64,000 nucleotides of DNA, taken from NCBI GenBank assembly GCA_051532035.1, contig JAOPTW010000013.1, positions 288,001-352,000 on the forward strand, given 5' to 3'. Positions 19,501-28,399 of the stretch are shown here, one piece after another (positions within the stretch are counted from its first letter, which is position 1; each line of letters starts with the position of its first letter). Origin of the DNA: Fibrobacterales bacterium. Its GTDB lineage: Bacteria > Fibrobacterota > Fibrobacteria > Fibrobacterales > JAOPTW01. A model generated the notes under the pieces. The model was given only the letters and a program-made list of their open reading frames with translations, ran no database searches and was not told the DNA's origin. The position numbers and the translations under genes were made by a program.

Positions 19501-21886
19501 CATAAACGAACGGTTTAGGGCTTCTATATAATTTACCATACTCATTATTATATTGTGCTGATACCAAATGTTTATTTGCACCAATGTTATCTTGTTTTTG
19601 AACTATTTCACCAAAACCATTTAAGAAACTATACGTTTCAACAACATTTCCTGTACCGGAAAAAACCTCTGATTTTATGTATGACGGATCTGCATTTTTA
19701 ACATTGCATACTGTAGTTGTAATCTCCACTTTATGGTCTTGAGTTAAATCCTCAAAATTAAAAGTATACCCTTCTCCGTTAGACAAACTAACACCGGCAC
19801 CAACATCCATTGAAATTTTAGTTAATGCCTCACAACCTGACTCATCTACAATACATTCATGCCATTCTTTAGTCATTGAAATGTCATCAATACTCACAGA
19901 AAGTAAGGTTTCTCCTGGAATAGGTTTTACTGTAATACTCCCAGAAGTACCTTTTAGGAATTTCGCTTCAATATAATTAGGGCTAGATATTACAGGAGTA
20001 ATACTAGAAACATTACTTGATCCATCTACAGTAGCATTTCCACTAGTAATATATACTTTAAAATTAAAATGAGACCTTTCATAAATAGCTTCAAAACTGT
20101 GATCTTCTACAATATTTTGAAACTCATGTATATAGTCTCCACCCTCTTCAACACCATTTCCTGCAACATCTATCTCGTCTTTATTATCAATAAGTAACTT
20201 GGTTACTCTCCAATCATTGTTTGGATTAACCAGAAAACTTAAGTTTGATCCGAATGCAATCCCTGATGTAGTACCCGGAGTTATCACTCCACCTGAACCT
20301 AGAACAACATCAATATTTAAGTATGATTTAAACACAACATGAACTGTTTGGCTTTCTACCATATTATTAATAGGAATAGGGTTAGAACTCTTACCTTCAC
20401 CAGTAATATCATGACTAACTAATCCCCAATAATCTTGTTCAGTAAATCTAGTTCCATCACCAACATATGGCTTACCACTACAAGAGTAATACCCACTGAA
20501 AGGTTTCTTTCTCTTAGGGTCAACAGAACCCTCAGGATAATTTGTATTCAAATAAATATCATGTAAATAATAACCAGCAGCAGGAATAAACTCGATTTCT
20601 ACATCAGAACCATTAGGATAATCAAATATCAAAGGTGGTTCTTGTTCAATTTCTACCCCATTAACCTTAACAATTCCTTCCCCAAGTTTCGATAAATAAA
20701 TTTGCTCACCGCAAAATGTTGGACTACTCTGTAGGCGTAAACCATCCGAAATAAAATCACGCGCACCTCTATCTGCTAGATTATATAAAATTTCAATATT
20801 ATGTTCATTATTACATATTCTATTATAATTTATAGCATTATAAAGTGCACCAGAATGACTCCATATATCTGCAGGTAGGCTCCATAATGGGTCTATATTA
20901 AAAACTTCATTCATCATAAATTCAATCTTTTTTATATAAGGCAAACTATATAGAAAGCTTAAGTCAGAGACATCATTTGCTATGATATTAATTTCTTCTA
21001 AGCCCTGTAAATTTGCTAAGGGGCTCGCATCAATTATAGAATTATAACTTAAGTCTATTACTTCCAACTCTGTATTTTTGACTGATAGGCCAGAAATAGT
21101 ATTTAGACTTGCACTATTTAGTACCAACTTTGTCAATGATACTAGATTACTAATATCACTCAATTCGATGATACTGTTACCACTTAAATCTAGTTCAACT
21201 AAATTCACCAAGGAATTACCAATATTTCTCATTGAAGTAATTGAGTTTTTGCTAAGATTTAAAATTTCTAGAGAGGTTAATTCCGAAATTGTATTTTCAT
21301 CCGTAATTTGATTATTAGCCAAAAACAATTTTTTAAGGGATGGTAGAGACGGTAATGTTGAGATGTCACTTACATTATTATTCTCAAGGTTTATTTCTTC
21401 TAGATGCGTCAACTCACTAAGTACACTGATATCATCAACATTACCTCCCACTTGAAGTACTTTTATTGACTTAAGATATCTTAAGTCATCAAGGCTAGTC
21501 AAAATACTTTCATAAATCTTAAGGACCGATAATTTGGGCAACTTCGGCTGAGTGGATGGAGCTACAAATCCATACAAATCTTCTATATAATCACAATTAT
21601 GTAAATGTAATTCCTCTAATTCTGAAATTTTCTGTATTTCTTCGTCAATAGAAGTAAGGTTTCGTATTACAATTAGCCTACAGCTTATATCTATAACAGT
21701 CATTCTTGGTTCAGTAGGATGATTATTAGTTTCATAATAAGACTCTTGAGCTTCACTCCCTATTAATTGTGACAATGTATTGATATCACAATCCAAATCA
21801 CTACAATGGGAGGTATCCGCATAAATACTACTAGACAATAGCACTAGAAACAGAATAATATTTTTTAAAGAAAAAGATTTAAACAT
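16544..21886 (-). CDS. Secreted RHS polymorphic toxin: signal peptide, LRRs, InlB-B/Flg_new-like repeats, YD repeats, RHS core, C-terminal L,D-transpeptidase-like (Tlde1-like) domain
   Basis: LxxLxLxxNxIxD repeats; YLRDHLGSTR, FTGKELD, YFGARYY, YAYGSNNPINRIDPNGL core motifs; 181-aa tip (16544-17089) containing NIHSG...SRGCVTI. Confidence 0.88.
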   Translation of the reverse strand: MFKSFSLKNIILFLVLLSSSIYADTSHCSDLDCDINTLSQLIGSEAQESYYETNNHPTEPRMTVIDISCRLIVIRNLTSIDEEIQKISELEELHLHNCDYIEDLYGFVAPSTQPKLPKLSVLKIYESILTSLDDLRYLKSIKVLQVGGNVDDISVLSELTHLEEINLENNNVSDISTLPSLPSLKKLFLANNQITDENTISELTSLEILNLSKNSITSMRNIGNSLVNLVELDLSGNSIIELSDISNLVSLTKLVLNSASLNTISGLSVKNTELEVIDLSYNSIIDASPLANLQGLEEINIIANDVSDLSFLYSLPYIKKIEFMMNEVFNIDPLWSLPADIWSHSGALYNAINYNRICNNEHNIEILYNLADRGARDFISDGLRLQSSPTFCGEQIYLSKLGEGIVKVNGVEIEQEPPLIFDYPNGSDVEIEFIPAAGYYLHDIYLNTNYPEGSVDPKRKKPFSGYYSCSGKPYVGDGTRFTEQDYWGLVSHDITGEGKSSNPIPINNMVESQTVHVVFKSYLNIDVVLGSGGVITPGTTSGIAFGSNLSFLVNPNNDWRVTKLLIDNKDEIDVAGNGVEEGGDYIHEFQNIVEDHSFEAIYERSHFNFKVYITSGNATVDGSSNVSSITPVISSPNYIEAKFLKGTSGSITVKPIPGETLLSVSIDDISMTKEWHECIVDESGCEALTKISMDVGAGVSLSNGEGYTFNFEDLTQDHKVEITTTVCNVKNADPSYIKSEVFSGTGNVVETYSFLNGFGEIVQKQDNIGANKHLVSAQYNNEYGKLYRSPKPFVYDNATAIFQQMDCSNCITEAIGEYSDQYAFNEMKYTSDPNQSLIEQGTYDEAFSLATNGHHDKQWKFGVLTSTSFIAQINLSENYLDNTQQDSEAASYFLKVYKSPDGNYSQVIVDKRGVAIKQRSYPDISGMPGEITTETLYDDKGQMLESVSADPTNKTTYTYNTIGGVTSVTSVDDGLTQYKYDNVGRLRYSKNQNQLSNSTAGNNLFTIFSYDNLNRQIGVSVSDGTLDFNSPNAVINSSNTIQKATSIYDVVPALNTYLGWTANVSELGEVEKELQNSRGNLVAVISYGEFNEKIADVFSYDEKGRVIAKYKIINALTPIQKFSYSYSAYDALMTQTYENRNSGAWIEQHKKSYVYDSQNRLKEIQHGSMGATPKKSIEYEYNRIGLVENERYFDYATSSVREELVYTYNLRDQIKKIDGNKFEQDIDYELSCNGATTGKYDGSLKCSKMTYRYGATNGVIAEEYTYDGANQLTNILSSTIGIGVNPQTGGGYTYDNIGRFVTKREKGPDLVSGAENMSYNYESGSNRLASVDAVVTATTTRHHFLYDPMGNLAVDFEKNMYVEYDYRGMAKAYHFFEDLTYGTTVDTYNEFIVALGTFTMKGVVKMMYDAGGQRVSKTVYEISATPTPGTEVVVDSIVYLDNEAVLELASTNDLYISTVNYSTPTGVVGAARRTEAGVETEYFYLRDHLGSTRMAFNATAPAGNVVNANAYQGFGDMLNFYTSGTKNGRQLFTGKELDKDGYDGATPADDRLMDLSYFGARYYNAGIGMWASADPARQHFSGYAYGSNNPINRIDPNGLEDVIIYDQSSLPVDDGAGGNDTYTAQVYVRDDDGNILGPYRGSSYPNTIGNDLVGTDWNTTNANETFLFNNANGHSGGTQRGLNIVDVNGNRVNSGINREGDRTVMQFVNIHSGTSNNGNYNSRGSRGCVTIHPDDWAAFNGNFNWSGGNTGGSSGHIYIYRNGQNNESPTNIPIYNQSGI

Positions 21887-22316
21887 GCTGTCCTTATCAA
21901 ATTGATTTTAAAAATGAGTTCTTAAATACAAGCGACTTGTCAAGAATACTTCAAAATAAGTATTACACTTTTTTAATAAAATTTTCATAATAATTACAAG
22001 CCCTCATAATCGTTTACAAATATTGCAATATTCTAGATAAAAAAAAGAGGTTATTATAAATTCGTTTAAATTCCCGCTTACCACCACCCTATATATGACA
22101 AGAGATAAGGGTCTTAAATCATTAATTTGCGACATTCAATTGTAAACTTTCAATCTGCTTACCATAGGTATCGCTCATGAAATCACTACTTTCTAATGGG
22201 AGTTATATTAAACCAAGGTTAAGTAGATCTATTAATTATATAGACTTATGAATATTGCATTTTAAAACGGATAAGTCATTAATCGAACGATACAAAGTTT
22301 ACAATTGAAAAAACCA

Positions 22317-24236
22317 TCATCTTGACTTCTTGTAACTTAAACCATAACTAAATTTAAAGAGAATATTATATGGAAAATTACGTATGGGTAATTTTTCAAA
22401 ATCTATTGGCCAATCATAGGGAAGCTTTCCTGTTGGTATAAAGTTATTTATAGCATACAAAAAGTCAGCAACTCCATCACCTTCTGATCCCGGTAACCAC
22501 GCCACAACAAATGCATCACTCAGTTGTAACTCTTTGTTGATATTGATAGGCCTACCGGTAATGAGTACTGTAATAATTTTCTGACCCTTATCTTTACACT
22601 CACCTAATATTTTCTCTATTGTTGAAGGTAGTGCTAAAACATGATCACCTCTATGAGCATCACCTAAGAATTCTGAATAAGGCTTTTCACCGGTAACAAC
22701 AACTATTTTATCAAACCCTTCTATCTCAGAGCAATTCTCACGCAAAGATACTGTTGGATTAACTTTTTTGAGAGCCTTAATGATCGAGGTGCTCCCCTCA
22801 TAATTCGTCTTAGTGCCCTGCCACAGTACAGTCCATCCACCAGACTGATAGCCACTACGTGCAGCATGCTCTCCAATCACAATAATTTTTTCGTCTCTCT
22901 TGAGAGGCAGGGTATTTTCTTTGTTTTTTAATAAAACCATCGACTCTCTCACTGCTTGTCTGGCAACAGCTCTATGTTCTTTATGCCCAACAAATCGTGA
23001 AAACCCCCTAAAAGGAAAAGGGTTTTTGAATAACCCCATCTCATATTTCATTGTTAAAATACGGGTGACCGCACTGTTTATTCTTTCTTCGGGCACAGCA
23101 CCTGAATCAACAGCATTTTTTAATGGAATAATAAAATCGTTATAGGTACTCGGATGCATTGCCATATCTATCCCGGCATTTACAACTGTGCGAGGCGGGC
23201 CAAAACGAGTACCCCCATGCCAATCAGTTAACACAACTCCCTTGAACCCTATCGAATCTTTTAGAATGTCAGAAACCAGATGCTTGCTTTGATGTACTCT
23301 TTCACCATTCACAGAATTGAGTCCAACCATTATCGATGATACACCATTTTTGGACGCTTCTATAAACGAAGGCAACAGTGATTCACGAAGTTCAGCCTCT
23401 CCAACGATAGCGTCCCCGGCATCTTTCCCCCCAGTTGTTGAACCTTCACCGATATAATGCTTTGCAGTGGAAGCAACTCTAAAAGCATTATGTCTCAATG
23501 GACTTTGCAATCCTCTAATAGAGGCATTCATAGCTTGAATTGTTAATTCTTTGTCTCGAGAAAACCCTTCATACACCCTACCCCAATTTTCATGCATTGG
23601 CATTGCGATACACGGTGCAAAGGTCCAATTAAACCCCGTCCCCACTAATTCTAGTGCCGTTATACGACCGATTTTTTCTATTAATTCAAAATTTCTCGTT
23701 GCAGCAAGACCTATATTATGAGGAAATATTGTAGCACCCCTGAAACTACCATGCCCATGATTTGCATCGACAGCGATAAGTAGCGGTAACCCTAATCGAG
23801 ACTCCAAAGCTGCAGTCTGAAAACTATTCATTTTTTTCATCCAAGAACGTGCTGAATAATCAATGCTTTTGCCCAATGAATGCATTATAGAACCAAATGC
23901 TTGCTCAGATACTTCCTGTGTACTTAAATCATTCCACTGTATTTGAGTCATTTGAGCAATTTTTTCATCAAGTGTCATCTCCTTGAGAAAAGCATTCACG
24001 ACCTCTTCTTTCGTTTCATATCCACAAATATTTATCTTTTCTGAGCCCCATTCACATATCATTTTTGAAGGGTGCATATCCGCTTCACTCCATTCTATTG
24101 GGTCTTGGAGTGCTGGTGATTTATATCTTCGATTTTCTACTAAATATGACTTTTTAACTGGCGTTACACATTGAGCCAAAATCAACCCAAAACAAATAAT
24201 GACATTTACTTTTAAATACTGTTTAGCACTAACCAC
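22317..24236 (-). CDS. Glycoside hydrolase family 3 beta-glucosidase / exo-glucanase (probable lipoprotein)
   Basis: MTLDEKIAQMTQ, DANHG, FPHNIGLAAT, WGRVYEGF, AKHYIG, FKGVVLTDW (nucleophile Asp), GEKPYSE, AWLPGSEG. Confidence 0.93.
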   Translation of the reverse strand: MVSAKQYLKVNVIICFGLILAQCVTPVKKSYLVENRRYKSPALQDPIEWSEADMHPSKMICEWGSEKINICGYETKEEVVNAFLKEMTLDEKIAQMTQIQWNDLSTQEVSEQAFGSIMHSLGKSIDYSARSWMKKMNSFQTAALESRLGLPLLIAVDANHGHGSFRGATIFPHNIGLAATRNFELIEKIGRITALELVGTGFNWTFAPCIAMPMHENWGRVYEGFSRDKELTIQAMNASIRGLQSPLRHNAFRVASTAKHYIGEGSTTGGKDAGDAIVGEAELRESLLPSFIEASKNGVSSIMVGLNSVNGERVHQSKHLVSDILKDSIGFKGVVLTDWHGGTRFGPPRTVVNAGIDMAMHPSTYNDFIIPLKNAVDSGAVPEERINSAVTRILTMKYEMGLFKNPFPFRGFSRFVGHKEHRAVARQAVRESMVLLKNKENTLPLKRDEKIIVIGEHAARSGYQSGGWTVLWQGTKTNYEGSTSIIKALKKVNPTVSLRENCSEIEGFDKIVVVTGEKPYSEFLGDAHRGDHVLALPSTIEKILGECKDKGQKIITVLITGRPININKELQLSDAFVVAWLPGSEGDGVADFLYAINNFIPTGKLPYDWPIDFEKLPIRNFPYNILFKFSYGLSYKKSR

Positions 24237-24369
24237 AAAAAAGCCCCAATGTAATATACATCAGTCAAAACTAGTTATTGTTGGGGTAAATGTCTTTTAT
24301 ACTAAGGCAGAAGCAACCGAAGCGATTTCAAAAAACCTCAAAATATGATGATATTTGAGATATACCCCA

Positions 24370-25161
24370 TCAAGCAACCCTCCCCCTCTTCCCCTTCAAA
24401 TATTTCTTCCTGCAATACTCACTATTAAACTGCTTGCGGATACTCGGCACATTACCAAAGGCTACATCGGCCCAGTCACGAATATCTATGACGGGGTCTT
24501 TTAATAGAGTAATTATCCGGTCTCGAATATTCTTTTTCTCTTTCATCTCAATACTCGCGAAATGAATAGTAGCCTGAAGGCCCGACAACTCATTAACCAG
24601 TTCCTCGGCACTATCAAAGAGCGCAGGATTGAGCACAACCCGTGTGGACTGTGGGTCAATATCTCTGCCAATGTTACACAGAGTCGTTATATCTTGAAGG
24701 ACGCTCCCCATAGCCCGTGAGGTGTTGAGCTGTTGCATCTCTCGTTTTTTAACAGGGTCACTCTTATACACCAACTTAAACAGCCGTACCATTTGAGTAC
24801 GAATAGCGAAGGCCTCAGGAGAGCGCTCAGTCCAATTACCTGGTTGGCTGTCATCAAGAGGTATTCCACCATTGTAGAGTATATCGGCATGAATGCCCGC
24901 GCGGGCCCTGATTATGGCTGTATGAGCGAGGCTCAGAGCGAACCCTGCCTCTATCAGCCTATTTCGGTGCTTTACTGCCATATAGCCCAGCTCTTCTGCC
25001 TCAAAGAAATACTGCCCAATCCCCTGATAAGGAAAAGTAAAATCTTTTAGAGGAGCGGCCTGTATCTCATTGATTATGTAGTTGTAGCACCCTTCTGGGC
25101 TTTCTGGTATACGATCGGTCTCTATATCGTATAATGACTGTGATGTACTCTTCTTTTTCAT
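24370..25161 (-). CDS. Uncharacterised alpha-helical protein, paralogue of 26207-27076
   Basis: GGAG before ATG; aligns by eye with 26207-27076 (W...SP.AF..R; IRDRIITLL vs IRDKVVTLL; WA...F; RK.F.S.Y). Confidence 0.75.
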   Translation of the reverse strand: MKKKSTSQSLYDIETDRIPESPEGCYNYIINEIQAAPLKDFTFPYQGIGQYFFEAEELGYMAVKHRNRLIEAGFALSLAHTAIIRARAGIHADILYNGGIPLDDSQPGNWTERSPEAFAIRTQMVRLFKLVYKSDPVKKREMQQLNTSRAMGSVLQDITTLCNIGRDIDPQSTRVVLNPALFDSAEELVNELSGLQATIHFASIEMKEKKNIRDRIITLLKDPVIDIRDWADVAFGNVPSIRKQFNSEYCRKKYLKGKRGRVA

Positions 25162-25457
25162 TATCGTACTCCCGATAAGTTGTGTTGTACATGCATGATC
25201 ACTATCGGCCTTACCTCTATAGTACTCTCTATTGAAAAGCGTCTACTTTCAATGGCCACTGTACAGCACTGTATTGCGCATTATAATATATGTTCTCGTG
25301 CCCTAAGAGGCAAATGAATTACACGACTCACTCCCTATGATGCCTCAATGGTTGAAATTACTGTCTGAATAGTAAGAATGGGTGTTCGAGTAGACTAAAG
25401 AAGTGTCATAGTCTCAAAAAGCCCTACCCGAATGGGTACGTAGATTTCACATTGGCC

Positions 25458-25625
25458 ACTCGGATACCCTCATTCACTCATTGGACATTCCACCTAATGA
25501 TTCGGACACTCATTTTTATGAGTCAGACAGGTATTGTTGAGCATGGGTTATTCAACAGTATGACTCAGGTATTTACACTCAAATATAGGACACAGCAACA
25601 GAGATATAGCTTACCAATACATATG
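25458..25625. repeat. Degenerate tandem array, 8 units of 21 bp
   Basis: Units read from 25458: ACTCGGATA.., CATTGGACA.., ATTCGGACA.., AGTCAGACA.., CATGGGTTA.., ACTCAGGTA.., TATAGGACA.., TATAGCTTA..; T3 and A9 in 8/8, G6 in 7/8, units 2, 3, 5 and 8 end in ATG. Confidence 0.7.
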
Positions 25626-26206
25626 GTAAAACGGTAAGTATAGAGAAACATAATGACAATACAGATAAGAATACTTTTGGAACAAACAACAAAACATCAT
25701 AAGCAGTGTATCAATTATATTTATCGTTACTATACAATATATTTATACAGTAACTCATTACAATACACCCTTTCTAAAAAACAATACGAATCATTTTATA
25801 CCTTATACAGAAAGGTTTTATTGAGTTTCACAAGTTCATCTTACAATAAGTACAATGATTTTTGTCTTTGTATAAAATAGACCATCTGTACAACAAATAC
25901 TCTCCCATAAAAAACTCGAAAGCACCTAATAACTCGCTCACTTTTTGTAAGCAAACAGGTAAAATAATGTTTACCGAATTATGTTTAAATAACAGAAACG
26001 GCACATTTAAAAATAGCGCTCATTTTTCTCTCTGAGTTGAGTGAAAACGTCTTGATAAAATAATAGTATTGTGCCCGATCCTGAGAAACGATATGATACA
26101 ACTAATTGGACGCGTACGATTTTTGCGCATATTCTTTTAGGGTCACCTACAACAGCCCACATTTTATAAGGGCTATAACTTAATTCAATAAATATAAGGA
26201 TTATCA

Positions 26207-27076
26207 ATGTCAGATAATACACTCTACAACACTAAAGAAGCACTATTCTCTACCCTTTCTGAAAACAAAAGCGCCGAGTATTTCGATGAAATGTACGAAA
26301 CCATTCAATCGGTACCCGATGATGAAACAACCCGACCCAACAGACCACTCAAGATTTTTTCGACAGAGGTAGAGGGCTTGATTACCATAATTAAACACAA
26401 TGAAAAGCGTCTACTCGAAAAGAACTTCGACACCAAAATCTCAACAAGACTAGAGAAGCTTATCGGTGCATACCGCCATGCACAGAGTCGTATGGCATGG
26501 GCCACCGACTCGTATAGCGAAAGCCGTAAACGCTGGAAGGCACTTTCTCCTCTGGCTTTTGAACTCCGTAATGACCTCCTTAACGAGTATCGTTTTGTTG
26601 CATTTGGCAATGATGCTGTAACAAAGCTCATCAAAGAGGTATCACAAGGAAGAACCATTGCTGACCTTATTGAAGACCTCCATATTCTTGCACACCCTTC
26701 TGATGCAATTCGTACGCAACTCGAAGATATCAACTTCGATTTTGAGCAACTCAAAAATGCTGCCAATCTCGCATTTGAAGTGGGCACGATTCAAAAAGAT
26801 GCAGAGCTCCATCGCTTTGCGGTAACTGAAGAGCGCAAAATTCGTGATAAAGTGGTCACATTACTTCAGCTCGAAGAGGCTACTATTCTCAGATGGGCTC
26901 GCCTGGTGTTTAACAAAGACAAAAAAGTACTCCGTAAATTCTTTAGTAAATACTCGCGGTCTCAAAATAATAAAGCTCGCATGGAGAACACCATAGAAGA
27001 GGATGAAGTACTCCTCCCCATGGATTCAGAAGACGAGATAGAAGAAGAAATTGAAATTGAAGAAGAGGTAGCGTAG
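26207..27076 (+). CDS. Uncharacterised alpha-helical protein with acidic tail, paralogue of 24370-25161
   Basis: AAGGA RBS; shared motifs with 24370-25161; C-terminus EDEIEEEIEIEEEVA. Confidence 0.8.
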   Translation: MSDNTLYNTKEALFSTLSENKSAEYFDEMYETIQSVPDDETTRPNRPLKIFSTEVEGLITIIKHNEKRLLEKNFDTKISTRLEKLIGAYRHAQSRMAWATDSYSESRKRWKALSPLAFELRNDLLNEYRFVAFGNDAVTKLIKEVSQGRTIADLIEDLHILAHPSDAIRTQLEDINFDFEQLKNAANLAFEVGTIQKDAELHRFAVTEERKIRDKVVTLLQLEEATILRWARLVFNKDKKVLRKFFSKYSRSQNNKARMENTIEEDEVLLPMDSEDEIEEEIEIEEEVA

Positions 27077-27087
27077 CTGTATACAGT

Positions 27088-27120
27088 GAGTGCATCACAA
27101 GCAGAACAGGTGGTGCACTC
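27088..27120 (+). terminator. Stem-loop after 26207-27076 (no U-tract; terminator or RNA stability element)
   Basis: GAGTGCATCAC...GTGGTGCACTC inverted repeat. Confidence 0.4.
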
Positions 27121-27146
27121 CCTTATACCTACCATGAGAGGTAATT

Positions 27147-27428
27147 ATGAATATATCAATTCCAAACAATTTCGACTTCTTGACCGTGATTCAGTGCCCA
27201 TTAGACAAACTGCAATCCATGGAACAATCAGGACTTTTTCAAAAGAATCTAGCGCTTTCAGACGGCGTGTGGCTCACCAAGTGTAGTAATCGTAACTTTG
27301 GACGGATTAAGGAGCTCTGCAAGGATGAGGATGCCTTCTCTATTCTGAAGGTGCGTTATACCCATGGGAGTGAATTCTTCTCGGCAAATACCGTAGTAGA
27401 AGCTACGGGAAGGAGTGTACTTCAGTGA
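27147..27428 (+). CDS. Small hypothetical protein
   Basis: GAGAGG RBS before ATG; stop overlaps the next GTG start (GTGA). Confidence 0.6.
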   Translation: MNISIPNNFDFLTVIQCPLDKLQSMEQSGLFQKNLALSDGVWLTKCSNRNFGRIKELCKDEDAFSILKVRYTHGSEFFSANTVVEATGRSVLQ

Positions 27429-28399
27429 TAAAAACGGCGATGCTCATTCTTTGTGTTGCCTCATTACTCTTTTCACAATTTCAAACCCTAGAGGAGACTC
27501 CATTTATAGGATGGAGTACTCCGACGGGGAATGATTTTAACGAGAAAGTAGTTATGGAAGCGCGGCCAATACTTAAAATGCCCTTTATAGATGGCGTTAC
27601 CCCATTTATCTATGGGGATAGCACCTATCAAAGGCTCTCAATCATCTTTGACCCACACATTCGGATGTTGTATAAAAACTCAATGCCTGTGATAATGCCG
27701 AGCTATAGAGTATCCGCCTCTTATGCCCCTACCCGATATGTGAGTAGTATCAAAAGTTTTATTACTCCTATGATCGAACATGGGCATTATTCTAATGGTC
27801 AATCGGGGTGTGCTTTTGGGAGCTCCGAAGATGCAGACTCAACCTGTCAGGCTCTGTACAGTAACTTAGATGAACTCAACCTGGGTGAACAACTCAATAG
27901 ACGGAGTGGTGAGTTCTCTACAAACTTTGTACGAAGTAAATTAAAGCTCATGAAGGTTATGGGGTTTTACCCAGGTACAGGAATGGTAGAAGATGCTCTT
28001 GAGGTAACTTTGGGGTATACGCGCTATATCGATCGGCTCTTTGGCTTTTCCATTGCCGGATATAATACGCTTGATACGAAGTTCTACTCAATGAACAGAT
28101 ATTTGGTTGAGGTAGCAGGGCATCATTATCTTATGCTGTTTAATGAAATGACGCAACTTCGGTATGGAGTATCGGCTCAGTATCTCCCCTCTCAGCACTC
28201 TCAGATCACTCCTTACAATATATCACTCTTTGGGAACTTTACGTATCCTTCTGGTGTCGGTGTGTTTGTTAAGGCAGAGAAAGGGCAAGACTTGTATAAT
28301 GTGCGGATGGTTGATGATATCTTTCGGGTATTTATTGGGGTATCCTTCTTGTTTCGGTCGAGTGAGCCGGCCTATATAGAAATTACGGAGCGTTACTAA
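27425..28399 (+). CDS. Outer-membrane phospholipase A (OMPLA/PldA)-like beta-barrel
   Basis: Signal peptide; MPSY motif; EHGHYSNGQ matches the OMPLA catalytic HxSNG; amphipathic beta strands toward the C-terminus. Confidence 0.6.
   Translation: MIKTAMLILCVASLLFSQFQTLEETPFIGWSTPTGNDFNEKVVMEARPILKMPFIDGVTPFIYGDSTYQRLSIIFDPHIRMLYKNSMPVIMPSYRVSASYAPTRYVSSIKSFITPMIEHGHYSNGQSGCAFGSSEDADSTCQALYSNLDELNLGEQLNRRSGEFSTNFVRSKLKLMKVMGFYPGTGMVEDALEVTLGYTRYIDRLFGFSIAGYNTLDTKFYSMNRYLVEVAGHHYLMLFNEMTQLRYGVSAQYLPSQHSQITPYNISLFGNFTYPSGVGVFVKAEKGQDLYNVRMVDDIFRVFIGVSFLFRSSEPAYIEITERY

Noticed and set aside
7250..21886. Complete Tc (ABC) insecticidal toxin or T6SS effector locus
   Set aside because: No TcA-like, PAAR, VgrG, Hcp or EagR gene in the window, and both proteins have Sec signal peptides.
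21887..22316. Riboswitch or ncRNA upstream of the RHS gene
   Set aside because: AT-rich spacer without a convincing stem pattern or conserved motif that I can recognise.
25458..25625. CRISPR array or iteron set
   Set aside because: Units are contiguous 21-mers with only scattered conserved positions; there is no repeat-spacer structure and no cas or rep gene nearby.
25452..26222. Short ORFs 25452-25637, 25653-25880 and 26007-26222 as confident CDS
   Set aside because: No clear RBS or protein-like features; the first two may stay open only because of the periodic DNA. Left uncalled.
26305..26787. Antisense ORFs inside long genes (e.g. 26305-26787, 28777-29250, 55485-56015, 59205-59753)
   Set aside because: Fully nested opposite well-supported genes, with no independent motifs.
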